Source of the DNA: Micavibrio sp. UBA2400
GTDB taxonomy: Bacteria; Pseudomonadota; Alphaproteobacteria; UBA2400
Assembly: GCA_002343265.1 (NCBI GenBank)
Contig: DDSC01000031.1
Coordinates: forward strand, 5,614-69,613
Reading direction: 5' to 3'
Length of the DNA stretch: 64,000 bases
Made by a program: the position numbers and the translations under genes. Position 1 is the stretch's first letter, and the number at the start of each line of letters is the position of its first letter. The notes beneath the pieces were generated by a model. It was not told the origin of the DNA, searched no databases, and was given only the letters and a program-made list of their open reading frames with translations. Of this stretch, positions 47,926 to 56,193 are shown one piece after another.

Positions 47926-48975
47926 ATGCCCTGTCAATTGATGACCCCGAACCCTGTTTACAAGCCCTTCCGTTACCCGTGGGCGTATGACGCGTGGCTC
48001 ACGCAGCAGCGTCTGCACTGGCTGCCGGAAGAAGTGCCGATGGCTGATGATGTGAAGGACTGGCGCAACCGCCTGACTGCATCGGAAAAACATTTGCTCA
48101 CCCAGATTTTTCGTTTCTTCACGCAGGCGGATGTGGAAGTGGGCAACTGCTATAACAAGCATTACAGCCGCGTCTTCCAGCCAACCGAAGTGCAGATGAT
48201 GCTTACCGCCTTCTCGGCGATGGAGACCATCCATATCGCGGCCTACTCGCATCTGCTCGACACCATCGGTATGCCGGAGAGCGAATACTCGGCCTTCCTC
48301 AAATACAAGGAGATGAAGGACAAGTACGACTATATGCAGAACTTCAATGTGGACAACCCCACTGAAGTGGCGCGTACACTCGCGGTGTTCGGGGCGTTCA
48401 CGGAGGGGCTGCAGCTGTTCGCCAGTTTTGCCATCCTCATGAACTTCCCGCGCTTTGGCAAGATGAAGGGCATGGGCCAGATCGTTACCTGGTCGGTGCG
48501 TGATGAGACCTTGCACACGCTCTCCATCATCCGCCTGTTCAAGAGCTTCGTCGCCGAGAACCCCGAAGTCTGGACCGAACAGTTCAAACAGGAGTTGTAT
48601 GCGGCGTGCGATACCATCGTGCAGCACGAGGACGCCTTTATTGATCTCGCCTTTGAGCTGGGCGAGATCGATGGGCTGAACGCACAGCAGGTGAAGGATT
48701 ATATCCGCTGGATTGGTGATCGCCGTTTGCAGCAGCTAGGCCTTGAGCCGAAGTACAACATCCCCAAAAACCCGCTGCCGTGGATGGATGAAATCCTCAA
48801 CGGTGTCGAACACGCCAACTTCTTCGAAAACCGCTCGACCGAGTACAGTAAAGCTGCCACCGCCGGGACATGGGATGAAGCTTTTGAGGAGTTTGACACC
48901 AAGCGCGAAGCGGTGCGTACTGCTGCTTTCGCCGCCTTTACCGCCGATGATGGCACTCGCCCAGCCGGGTACTGA
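47926..48975 (+). CDS. nrdB: Ribonucleoside-diphosphate reductase beta subunit
   Basis: ORF 47764..48975 trimmed to the ATG at 47926 (TAGGAG SD). The alternative ATG is at 47941. Di-metal/radical-site helices FFTQADVEVGN, AMETIHIAAYSHLL, FTEGLQLFASF, VRDETLH. Confidence 0.95.
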   Translation: MPCQLMTPNPVYKPFRYPWAYDAWLTQQRLHWLPEEVPMADDVKDWRNRLTASEKHLLTQIFRFFTQADVEVGNCYNKHYSRVFQPTEVQMMLTAFSAMETIHIAAYSHLLDTIGMPESEYSAFLKYKEMKDKYDYMQNFNVDNPTEVARTLAVFGAFTEGLQLFASFAILMNFPRFGKMKGMGQIVTWSVRDETLHTLSIIRLFKSFVAENPEVWTEQFKQELYAACDTIVQHEDAFIDLAFELGEIDGLNAQQVKDYIRWIGDRRLQQLGLEPKYNIPKNPLPWMDEILNGVEHANFFENRSTEYSKAATAGTWDEAFEEFDTKREAVRTAAFAAFTADDGTRPAGY

Positions 48976-49032
48976 TTTTGCTAGACGAGCAAGCCGGGGG
49001 CGAGCGTTCCTCCCGGTGTTTAACGCCTTATG

Positions 49033-49302
49033 TCAGCGCAAGACCATCTTGCCCGTTTTGGGGTCGCGGCAACCTTCTTGGGTACGGAGGGCATCGAGCT
49101 TTGGCAGTGCTCTTGCGGCTAACTCGCCTTCCAGCGCCATCCAGTAGTCACGCCCAAGCCGCACGAAACGTCCCGGCCTTGCCAAGGCATACTGCGCGGC
49201 GGCCGTAAGTGCTTCATGCGCTGCGGCTTGGCGCTGGGCTAGTGTGAGTGCGTAAAATTGCGCCTTGGGTCTTGCCATGAAAACCATCACTTTCGAGGCC
49301 AT
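49033..49302 (-). CDS. Hypothetical small protein downstream of fliP
   Basis: ORF 49033..49368. Candidate starts at 49302, 49287 and 49278, none with a good SD. No recognised motif. Confidence 0.3.
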   Translation of the reverse strand: MASKVMVFMARPKAQFYALTLAQRQAAAHEALTAAAQYALARPGRFVRLGRDYWMALEGELAARALPKLDALRTQEGCRDPKTGKMVLR

Positions 49303-49345
49303 GGTAGAACCAGAAAAAACGCCTGACAAGCACGAAGAAGTTAAT

Positions 49346-50122
49346 TTACGGCCCGCCAGAGACACCATAACTGGCGACTAGCGAACCAGCCAGCATGTGC
49401 CAGCCATCGATCAGGACAAAAAACACGATTTTGAAGGGCAGGGAGATCACCACTGGCGGCAGCATCATCATACCCATGGCCATCAGGATGGACGCCACCA
49501 CCATATCGATCACCAGAAACGGCAGGAAGAGCAGAAAGCCGATTTCAAAAGCGCGGCGTAATTCCGAGATCATGAAGGAGGGGATTAGCGCTACCAGCGG
49601 GGTTTCTTCGGCTTTCATATTTTCGGTCTTGTACTTGCCCATGTCGAGAAAAAGCTGCAGGTCTTTCTCACGGGTATGCTGCAGCATAAAGGTCCGGAAT
49701 GGAGCGACGCTTTTATCAAACGCGTCTTTTGCCTCAAGATCGTTGTTCATGTAGGGCTGTACGCCATCCGTCCACGCCTGTTGCAGCGTTGGGGCCATGA
49801 TGAAAAAGGTCAGGAACAGCGCCAGCGAGATCAGGACCTGATTGGGTGGAGTCTGCTGCACGCCAAGGGCCGAGCGCAGGAAAGATAACACCACAACAAT
49901 ACGGGTAAAGCTGGTCACCATCACCAGAATGCCCGGCGCCAGCGAGAGCAGGGTGATAAGTGCTACCAGCTGCACAATACGGGCCGAACTGCTGGCCCCA
50001 TCGCCCATGTCGAGGGAGAGCTGCTGCGCGAGGGCGGGCAGGGCTACGAGACAGAGCAGGGCAAGCCCCAAGAGCTTACCCAGCGTCGGCAGGTGGGCGC
50101 GCAGGTTTTTCACAAAGGTCAT
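49346..50122 (-). CDS. fliP: Flagellar export apparatus protein FliP
   Basis: 258 aa with a signal-like N-terminus. Conserved stretches TSFTRIVVVLSFLR, GVQQTPPNQVL, FLTFFIMAP and FLLFLPFLVIDMVVASILMAMGMMMLPP. Confidence 0.95.
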   Translation of the reverse strand: MTFVKNLRAHLPTLGKLLGLALLCLVALPALAQQLSLDMGDGASSSARIVQLVALITLLSLAPGILVMVTSFTRIVVVLSFLRSALGVQQTPPNQVLISLALFLTFFIMAPTLQQAWTDGVQPYMNNDLEAKDAFDKSVAPFRTFMLQHTREKDLQLFLDMGKYKTENMKAEETPLVALIPSFMISELRRAFEIGFLLFLPFLVIDMVVASILMAMGMMMLPPVVISLPFKIVFFVLIDGWHMLAGSLVASYGVSGGP

Positions 50123-50406
50123 GGCTTATCTCCCCCGGCGCCTTGGATGCCGCTTTCCACTACCACCGGCCCGGCCTGTGCGGACAAAAGCACCAGATGC
50201 TCGGTCTGATCCCGGCGCAGTAATACCAATTGGTGGCGATGATCGATGATCTTGCGCTCCACCAGCGTAAGGCGGGGATTAGCCGGGGTACCGATCATCC
50301 CCGGTAGACCGGGGGAGACTTTGCGCACGGCCCAGGCCACCAGCCCGATCAGGCATAAGGTGAAGAGCAGCGCCGCCAGCGCGCGCAGAAGATCGGCACT
50401 TTCCAT
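50119..50406 (-). CDS. fliO: Flagellar biosynthesis protein FliO
   Basis: 95 aa with a single TM (ALAALLFTLCLIGLVAWAV), then LTLVERKIIDHRHQLVLLRRD. 4-nt overlap with fliP. Confidence 0.7.
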   Translation of the reverse strand: MESADLLRALAALLFTLCLIGLVAWAVRKVSPGLPGMIGTPANPRLTLVERKIIDHRHQLVLLRRDQTEHLVLLSAQAGPVVVESGIQGAGGDKP

Positions 50407-50449
50407 AGCCTAATGGTTAATGGGTGTTCGCCCGCTCCGCAAGGGTGGA

Positions 50450-50773
50450 TTAGCCTTTGCTGCTAGCGCTGGTCTTGGCGTAGGCCGTAGCAGCCTTCAG
50501 CCGGGTATTGATAAGCTGCATGGCTTCCTCGGCGGCACCTTGCTGGCGCTTGAAATCGGCGGTCAGCTCATCCAGCGTGGATGCTAACTCGGTTAGCGCA
50601 GGCAGATAGCTTTTTCCCAGCTCCTTGGGGGCCGCGTGCAGGCTGGACATAAGCTCAGAGATCAACTTATCGAGCTGTGTGCCTTCACTGACCGTGCCCT
50701 CACTCAGGCGGCTGCGTAATTGCTCGGCCTCGGTACGCACCGCGGCCAGTTTTGCGTCAATTTCATCTTTCAT
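50450..50773 (-). CDS. Coiled-coil protein, unknown function (flagellar operon)
   Basis: 107 aa with heptad-like helical composition. ATGA overlap with the upstream gene. Confidence 0.5.
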   Translation of the reverse strand: MKDEIDAKLAAVRTEAEQLRSRLSEGTVSEGTQLDKLISELMSSLHAAPKELGKSYLPALTELASTLDELTADFKRQQGAAEEAMQLINTRLKAATAYAKTSASSKG

Positions 50774-51060
50774 GTGAAATCCTCCGGCGCATAGGTCTTA
50801 CTATTAGCCTGATAGACACGACTCAGTATTTCACTCACCGCAGCAAGTGCCTCCAGCGGGACCTGCTCACCTAAATCAAGGGCGGCAAGAATTTCAGCCA
50901 GATCAGCGTCTTCTCGTACCTTGATCCCTTGTTCAAACGCTAGCTTAAGTATTTCGGCAGCGACCTCGCCATAGCCGCTGGCCAAAATTTGGGGCAGCTT
51001 ACCCTCTCCGCTGATGGCGGCTGCAACCTGGCGTTTCGGAGTCTCGGGTGTATCGTTCAT
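50770..51060 (-). CDS. FlhB C-terminal-domain-only protein (EscU/YscU/FlhB-C family)
   Basis: ORF 50770..51081 trimmed to the ATG at 51060 (ATGA overlap). ILASGYGEVAAEILKLAFEQGIKVREDADLAEILAALDLGEQVPLEALAAVSEIL aligns with the post-NPTH part of FlhB. Confidence 0.7.
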   Translation of the reverse strand: MNDTPETPKRQVAAAISGEGKLPQILASGYGEVAAEILKLAFEQGIKVREDADLAEILAALDLGEQVPLEALAAVSEILSRVYQANSKTYAPEDFT

Positions 51061-52598
51061 CTCAGCAGTTGGCTCACCCACTCTGGTCGGGTCACAGGCC
51101 AGAGCAACAGGGCTATTAGTACGGCGAGCAAGGCTGCCGCAAAGCCCGTAGCCAGAGTTCCTCCGCCAGCCCGCAGGCTCACCGGGGCGGGAATAAGCCG
51201 TTGCAGAGCCTGTTTGCCGGCGATGCCAATTGCGAGCCAGAGACAGAGGAGCAGCAGAGCAGCCAAGGCGAGATCCCAGCCCATGACAGGTATCTGTGGG
51301 GGTAAGGACGCAGGGCGGGGCTGGCTAATCCACATATAATAGGCACCTGCACCAGCCCCCATCCCCACCAGACCGGTCAACAGACGGGGGATAAAGGAGA
51401 TATTCTTGAAAACCAGCCGAATGCGATCGACTAAGGCAAAGGCACACTCACGCGACAAGCCGTAGGGATAGCGCTGGGTAAAGAAGCGGGCGGGTTTCAC
51501 GCCACGGGCTAGCGCCTCGGTCAGCTCACGGATGATACGGAATTTGCGGGACAGGCTGGGAAGGCTCAGACTGTTGATCTGCTCGAGGACGGGATTGATC
51601 TGATCATCGATCAGCTTGGGAAAGCCCATCAGCACCGGGCGCATCCCCACCGCCTCAATATCTTCGATCTTGCCATTCAACTCCATCCGAAAGCGCCCAT
51701 ATGGGACAATAGCCTGATAGAACAGTGCGGCCTCGCCGCTGGCGTTGGCACGGGTGTCAGGTGTGATGAGCGCGTGACCTTCTGTCAGGCCTTGGGCCCC
51801 TACATCATCGACAAGATTGCCGACTGCGACTGGTGCCTTGCCGGGATCGCCTGCGGCAAAGCGTCCGATCGCGTTGACCAGCACCGTCGTTTCTTCAGTC
51901 TGGAATTTCAGCCCCTGACACTCCCGGCACTGGGTCAGTCCCATGCCGCGGCAGACGTGGCAGGGCACACGCTGCTGCCCGTTACAGCTATGGCAGGGCA
52001 GGACGCGTCGGCCTTGACAGCGCAGACAGGGGCGACTGCGGTCGGCAGGATCTATTCCGCTTCCGGCACAGCCTTGGCAGGTGAGGGTGCCGCTACCTGA
52101 GCAGGTCGGGCACTGAATATCCCGCTGACCATGGCAGTTGAGGCATTTTTCATTCCCGGTGCCCAGACACAGATCGCAGATTAACTGCAGGGCAACGCGC
52201 TGGCTGAGTTTGGGTAAACTCCAGCGACCTTCCTCCAGTCCCCAGCCGCCATGCGGCGCACTACTGGCCAGAGCGCGGACCTCTTCAACCCAGCCCTGCT
52301 CGGCAATCTGATCGCGTAGGCTATTGAGGTAGGATTGTTCTTCGGTACGGTCACGAAAGACGCGCATTTCGCCGCCGCGGGCGGGGCCAGCCAGCCTGCG
52401 CATCTCCTGTTTTATTTCTAGCTCGAGTTGTAGCTTGCCGGGGATTTTGTAGTCAGAATTCTCAATCTGTTGGATCTGTATCTGTTCCAGCTTGTAGCCA
52501 TTGCCCACCAGCAGCCGCCGGAGCAGAGCCAATGTTTTGGCGTATTGATCGCCCCCTCCCTGCGGTGTTGGAGCATCTGTCTCGTCGATTTCGCTCAT
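51057..52598 (-). CDS. Membrane protein with eight CxxC zinc-finger-like motifs (doubled DnaJ-CR-like domain)
   Basis: 513 aa. Residues C141-C227 contain CDLCLGTG, CLNCHGQR, CPTCSGSG, CQGCAGSG, CLRCQGRR, CHSCNGQQ, CHVCRGMG and CRECQG. Three C-terminal hydrophobic helices. ATGA overlaps at both ends. Confidence 0.7.
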   Translation of the reverse strand: MSEIDETDAPTPQGGGDQYAKTLALLRRLLVGNGYKLEQIQIQQIENSDYKIPGKLQLELEIKQEMRRLAGPARGGEMRVFRDRTEEQSYLNSLRDQIAEQGWVEEVRALASSAPHGGWGLEEGRWSLPKLSQRVALQLICDLCLGTGNEKCLNCHGQRDIQCPTCSGSGTLTCQGCAGSGIDPADRSRPCLRCQGRRVLPCHSCNGQQRVPCHVCRGMGLTQCRECQGLKFQTEETTVLVNAIGRFAAGDPGKAPVAVGNLVDDVGAQGLTEGHALITPDTRANASGEAALFYQAIVPYGRFRMELNGKIEDIEAVGMRPVLMGFPKLIDDQINPVLEQINSLSLPSLSRKFRIIRELTEALARGVKPARFFTQRYPYGLSRECAFALVDRIRLVFKNISFIPRLLTGLVGMGAGAGAYYMWISQPRPASLPPQIPVMGWDLALAALLLLCLWLAIGIAGKQALQRLIPAPVSLRAGGGTLATGFAAALLAVLIALLLWPVTRPEWVSQLLR

Positions 52599-52870
52599 GC
52601 GCCCTCCTCATCTTCCCCCTTGGCAGGCGCAGGGGGGAGCGGGGCGGGTTGGCTGGGTAAAGTAAGGATGGAGAGATCCGGGGGGGCATTTTCTGCCGCA
52701 GCGCGGTTTTCGGCCTGAATGCGCTCAAACACTTCCTTACGCAGGATGGTCACCTCCGGGGGGAAGACAAAACCGAGTTTGACCGTCTTTCCAGAGACGG
52801 AAATAACTGTGATTTCAACATCTTCGTCGATCACGATAGTTTCGCCGGGTTTGCGCGTCAGGTACAGCAA
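52595..52870 (-). CDS. csrA: Carbon storage regulator CsrA with Pro-rich C-terminal tail
   Basis: MLYLTRKPGETIVIDEDVEITVISVSGKTVKLGFVFPPEVTILRKEVFERIQAEN matches the CsrA consensus (MLILTRRVGET..V.IG..AP..V...R.E....I), followed by about 35 extra residues. Confidence 0.85.
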   Translation of the reverse strand: MLYLTRKPGETIVIDEDVEITVISVSGKTVKLGFVFPPEVTILRKEVFERIQAENRAAAENAPPDLSILTLPSQPAPLPPAPAKGEDEEGA

Positions 52871-52876
52871 CGGATT

Positions 52877-52892
52877 TGGCCTGCTTTCTGCA
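52877..52892 (+). promoter_or_regulatory. Candidate sigma54 (-24/-12) promoter for flgB-flgC-fliE
   Basis: TGGCCTGCTTTCTGCA has the GG and GC dinucleotides at the canonical TGGCAC-N5-TTGCA spacing, about 100 nt upstream of flgB. Confidence 0.4.
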
Positions 52893-52994
52893 TAGGTCAG
52901 TGCGGGGAGCGATCCCCTAGGTAATAATTATCAGGCCCCGGCCAACCTGACAAAGACAAAGTTCTGCGGGTTTCGGGGTGAAAGGGTGGGAATC

Positions 52995-53399
52995 ATGGAC
53001 CTGACCGGTATGACCGTGTTCCGGCAACTGGAACAAAAAATGGGCTGGCTGTCAGCCCGGCAGTCAGTTTTAGCCGAAAATATAGCCAATGCGGATACTC
53101 CGGGCTATCGCCCGCGCGATCTTCAGGCCTTTGCCAGCCTCGTTGACGGTCGTGGCGGGTTGCCTATGCAGGTCACCAGTCCCGTCCATATGGTGGGCAG
53201 TAATGGCAATACTGCCACACCTTCGGCTCAGCGCGACCGCTATGCCATCGAGACCTCGCCGAACGGCAATCAGGTGTCGCTTGAAGATCAGCTGACCAAA
53301 ATGGGTGAAAACGGCATGGATTACCAGTTCATGACCAATCTGTATCGCAAACAGATCAGCATGATTAAAACCGCGCTTGGTCGCGGCACATCGGCTTAA
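52995..53399 (+). CDS. flgB: Flagellar basal-body rod protein FlgB
   Basis: ORF 52986..53399 (GTG); ATG at 52995. LAENIANADTPGYRPRDL motif. Confidence 0.9.
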   Translation: MDLTGMTVFRQLEQKMGWLSARQSVLAENIANADTPGYRPRDLQAFASLVDGRGGLPMQVTSPVHMVGSNGNTATPSAQRDRYAIETSPNGNQVSLEDQLTKMGENGMDYQFMTNLYRKQISMIKTALGRGTSA

Positions 53400-53410
53400 G
53401 GAGGAGTGTC

Positions 53411-53827
53411 ATGAGCAGTGATCTCTTAACCTCGCTCACCGTTTCAGCGTCCGGCATGAAGGCGCAAAGTCTGCGTATGCGGGTGATTGCTGAAAATATC
53501 GCCAATGCCGAGTCAACCGCCGACAAGACGGGTGGGCTGCCCTATCGCCGACAGGTGGTGAGCTTTGCCAGCGAGCTGGACAAAGCCAGTGGTGCCAATC
53601 TGGTCGAAGTGAGCAAAGTGGGGCGTGATCCCAGCCAGTTCGTACGCCGCTATATGCCCGGCCATGCCAGTGCCGATGCGGATGGCTATGTGATGTATCC
53701 CAACGTCAACTCATTAATCGAAACCATGGACATGCGCGAAGCCCAGCGCAGCTATGAAGCCAACCTGAATGTTATTGAAGTGTCACGCATGATGCTGATG
53801 CGCTCAATTGACATTCTGCGCGGATAA
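53411..53827 (+). CDS. flgC: Flagellar basal-body rod protein FlgC
   Basis: SASGMKAQSLRMRVIAENIANAEST..PYRRQ, C-terminal EANLNVIE; 138 aa. Confidence 0.95.
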   Translation: MSSDLLTSLTVSASGMKAQSLRMRVIAENIANAESTADKTGGLPYRRQVVSFASELDKASGANLVEVSKVGRDPSQFVRRYMPGHASADADGYVMYPNVNSLIETMDMREAQRSYEANLNVIEVSRMMLMRSIDILRG

Positions 53828-53841
53828 GGAGAAGCTTAACC

Positions 53842-54147
53842 ATGGCCAATCTTAACCAGATCGCTGCATCCGCCTATGGGGCGACCCAAAAGCTGCCGAC
53901 GCTTCCGAGCCTTGAAGCCAAGACGGATGACGTTAGCTTTTCCGATCTGGTTGAAAAGGCGATTGATAGTTTTGAAGGAACGCAGGCTAAAGCAGAAGAT
54001 ATGAGCATCAAAGCTGCTCAGGGCAAGGCTGATATCAATGACGTTATCCTCGCCGTACAGAATGCCGACGTTGCCCTTAGTGCCGTGGTGACGATCCGTG
54101 ATAGGATCATTCAGGCGTACCAAGATGTGCTCCGGATGGCGATTTAA
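53842..54147 (+). CDS. fliE: Flagellar hook-basal body protein FliE
   Basis: 101 aa. FSDLVEKAIDS..; C-terminal VVTIRDRIIQAYQDVLRMAI. Confidence 0.85.
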   Translation: MANLNQIAASAYGATQKLPTLPSLEAKTDDVSFSDLVEKAIDSFEGTQAKAEDMSIKAAQGKADINDVILAVQNADVALSAVVTIRDRIIQAYQDVLRMAI

Positions 54148-54737
54148 GCCTTCCGGTAAATAAAAATCTTTCCTTGGTGCAGGTAGCGGGTTTTTATCTT
54201 GCGCTCTTCCTGTGGGATCCAGCCTCTACCGAGGCGAAATTTATTACAGATTATAAGTGAGTGTGGAGCAGCTTCGTACTCCAGTTTTTCGGCAATCCTT
54301 GTCAGAAGCGACGGGAGCATGAAGATAACGAAGGCATTACCCTGTGACCAGTCAATCTTGAAGAAGTCGCTGCGGACATAGGTAAGGTTATCGAGGCCTT
54401 GCCGCTTCTTCATCCAGTTGGACCAAAGAACTGATAGTGCATTCAATTCGACACCTACGACATTGGCCTGCGGCAGGGCTTTGGCAATCTGACGAGTGAG
54501 GTGCCCGTTACCTGAGCCGAGATCATAGATCGTATAACGCGGGAGGGTGCGCGCCGCATAATCGTCGCGTAGCAGGCGGATGATTTCCTCACGGATTGCT
54601 GGCGCTGTCCGGATATTCGGAACGCCACCATGAAACAGGACAAAATAGGCATAGATTAGCCAGGCACCACAGGCCAGATAAAAGCTGATCTCGGTCAGGT
54701 AGTGCAGTGTTATGGCGAACATGGGTAGTAAGTCCAT
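54144..54737 (-). CDS. Membrane-anchored class I SAM-dependent methyltransferase
   Basis: ORF 54144..54923 trimmed to the ATG at 54737, which avoids overlap with fliQ. N-terminal hydrophobic helices, then motif I YDLGSGNGHLTRQI and VVGVELN. Confidence 0.65.
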   Translation of the reverse strand: MDLLPMFAITLHYLTEISFYLACGAWLIYAYFVLFHGGVPNIRTAPAIREEIIRLLRDDYAARTLPRYTIYDLGSGNGHLTRQIAKALPQANVVGVELNALSVLWSNWMKKRQGLDNLTYVRSDFFKIDWSQGNAFVIFMLPSLLTRIAEKLEYEAAPHSLIICNKFRLGRGWIPQEERKIKTRYLHQGKIFIYRKA

Positions 54738-54810
54738 AGCGTAATCTAGCCGTGTTTTCCCGTCTGTGCAGGGGGTTAACGCAGGCCGCAAAGCCGTGTA
54801 CACTGGGCCT

Positions 54811-55104
54811 ATGACTGAGGCCGATATCATTTCCATCACGCGTGACGCTATTACGGTGCTGCTGATTGTCAGTGCGCCGCTCTTGGTAATTGCTATGCTG
54901 GTCGGTCTGATTATCTCCTTCATTCAGGCGCTAACACAAATTCAGGAAGCGACCATTTCGTTTGTGCCAAAGATTCTTATCATGTTTGTAGCGCTTATGT
55001 TTTTGCTGCCGTTCATGACACATCAGCTGACGGATTTCGGCAACCGCCTGCAGCCCCTCATTATTGGCGCAGCCAACGTGCCGCCCGCTACAGCAGCACA
55101 GTAG
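54811..55104 (+). CDS. fliQ: Flagellar export apparatus protein FliQ
   Basis: ORF 54766..55104 trimmed to the ATG at 54811. VSAPLLVIAMLVGLIISFIQALTQIQEATISFVPKIL is the FliQ signature. Confidence 0.9.
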   Translation: MTEADIISITRDAITVLLIVSAPLLVIAMLVGLIISFIQALTQIQEATISFVPKILIMFVALMFLLPFMTHQLTDFGNRLQPLIIGAANVPPATAAQ

Positions 55105-55108
55105 GGCG

Positions 55109-56134
55109 TTAAGCCAACCGGGCGGTACACCGCCCTATAATCCACCAGAGCAGCAGGGTCAGCACGATGGCGACATAGCCATCGATTGCGTAGTGCCAGC
55201 CTAGGTGGATGCTCGCCAGCAGCATGGTCACCAGAAACAGCACGGCCCCGGCAAAGAACCAGCGGTTGAGGGAATAGGCCACACAGGCGAACAGCGTGGC
55301 CATGCTGATATGCATGCTCGGAAGTGCCGAGATGCCGCCGAACTGGCTCATTTTACCAGTGCGATAGATTTCGAGCAGGATGTCGCGAAAACCGAGCGCG
55401 GAGAGGGCGTGGCTGTCCAGAGCCCGCAAATACTCGATAATAGGGGCAAAGCGGGCAGAATCGCCTACGAAAATATCGTAGTAGACCGGTCCCCCGGACA
55501 GAAACAGCCCAGCCATCAGGTTTCCCAGCAGGGCCCAGCTCAGGAGGTAGGTATAAAAATAACGATGACGCAGCGCCCGTGACGTAATGGAGAATGTTAC
55601 CAGAACAGGGAAGAAGAGGATAGCTAGCAGCCATAGGGCTGAATAGACCAGCTCTAGCGACCGGGTGATAATGGGGTGTCCCAGAAAAGGCTGTAGCCAG
55701 AACCATGGATCAACGCCGCCGTGCAGGGTTCGGTCCAGTTGAGCCAGCGGTGCGTCCCACGCGAATTCAAAATACTTCGGCAGCAGAATTTTGACGGTAA
55801 GAAAGCATTGAATGAAAATGAGCAGAAACGGAATGAGCAGAACTCCCAGTGCGAGTTGCGGTGTCAGTTTGGCACGAAAGACAGCGGGTAGTGCCGCGAG
55901 CGGGCTGTCCTTATGATGGCGCAGGACCTGCAGCAGACTGACTAGCGCCAGCCAGAGTATCAGCAGCAGGGCGATGGCGGGGCCATAGCCGATCGCAAAC
56001 TCAAGCGGGTTAAAGCGGTGTTTCTGATGGAGGGCAATCAGGCCTGCGAGGCCGAAGTAGCCCAGAAAACCGTAAAAAACCCAACGCTCCGCATAAAGCT
56101 CGGCACGCAGGGAAGATAAAAAGGTGGGTGACAC
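55109..56134 (-). CDS. PAP2_C / sphingomyelin-synthase-like polytopic membrane protein
   Basis: 341 aa, 6 or more TM segments. LPSMHISMA (PSGH-like) and HLGWHYAIDGY (HxxxD, cf. the HYTIDV motif of SMS/IPC-synthase-like enzymes). Confidence 0.55.
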   Translation of the reverse strand: MSPTFLSSLRAELYAERWVFYGFLGYFGLAGLIALHQKHRFNPLEFAIGYGPAIALLLILWLALVSLLQVLRHHKDSPLAALPAVFRAKLTPQLALGVLLIPFLLIFIQCFLTVKILLPKYFEFAWDAPLAQLDRTLHGGVDPWFWLQPFLGHPIITRSLELVYSALWLLAILFFPVLVTFSITSRALRHRYFYTYLLSWALLGNLMAGLFLSGGPVYYDIFVGDSARFAPIIEYLRALDSHALSALGFRDILLEIYRTGKMSQFGGISALPSMHISMATLFACVAYSLNRWFFAGAVLFLVTMLLASIHLGWHYAIDGYVAIVLTLLLWWIIGRCTARLA

Positions 56135-56193
56135 GACAGCTCCGGCCGGATGGGGGGTGGCAGCAGTTTCAAACTCGTTTAGGATGGTAGCCG

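Noticed and set aside
52871-52985. Sigma28-like -10 (GCCTGATAA) or a second sigma54 site (GGGGATCGCTCCCCGC) for the csrA operon on the minus strand.
   Set aside because: Only the invariant dinucleotides or half of the consensus match. No matching -35 TAAA is found at the right spacing.
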